DNA from: Girardia tigrina
Lineage: Eukaryota
Length of the DNA: 51,172 nt
Assembly: GCA_001938485.1 (NCBI GenBank)
Contig: MQRK01237787.1
Span: 6,862 to 58,033, forward strand
Direction: 5' to 3'
Below, piece by piece: positions 51,159 through 51,172 of the stretch; positions within the stretch are counted from its first letter, which is position 1, and the number at the start of each line of letters is the position of its first letter. The position numbers were made by a program, and so were the translations under genes. The notes under the pieces were generated by a model. It saw only the letters and a list, made by a program, of their open reading frames with translations, did not search any database and was not told the origin of the DNA.

Positions 51159-51172
51159 ATTCAAAATGGGAA

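Overview
Very AT-rich eukaryotic DNA, probably from an invertebrate animal (inferred from a TBC1D10-like fragment and the transposon spectrum). I can support no intact host gene. The window is a nested transposon graveyard: three mariner remnants, Tc1, pogo/Tigger, three hAT, Merlin, Gypsy, an RLE-type non-LTR relic and Penelope-like elements with minimal hammerhead ribozymes, plus two assembly gaps. Main observations: (1) About 11 copies of a diverged solo-LTR family (TG...TA/CA ends, 5-bp TSDs). Five subfamilies keep an ATG-initiated, stop-free, Cys/Asn-rich reading frame that reads AATAAA as Asn-Lys exactly 31 nt from the LTR end and leaves the LTR in the same phase. (2) A 305-bp non-coding element that starts exactly at the predicted cleavage site of an HDV-like ribozyme and has a 12-bp TSD. 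(3) Several local templated insertions with microhomology junctions. (4) A GC-rich, internally duplicated TBC1D10 N-terminal fragment stranded among transposon debris. All assignments come from reading motifs by eye; no database searches were run.
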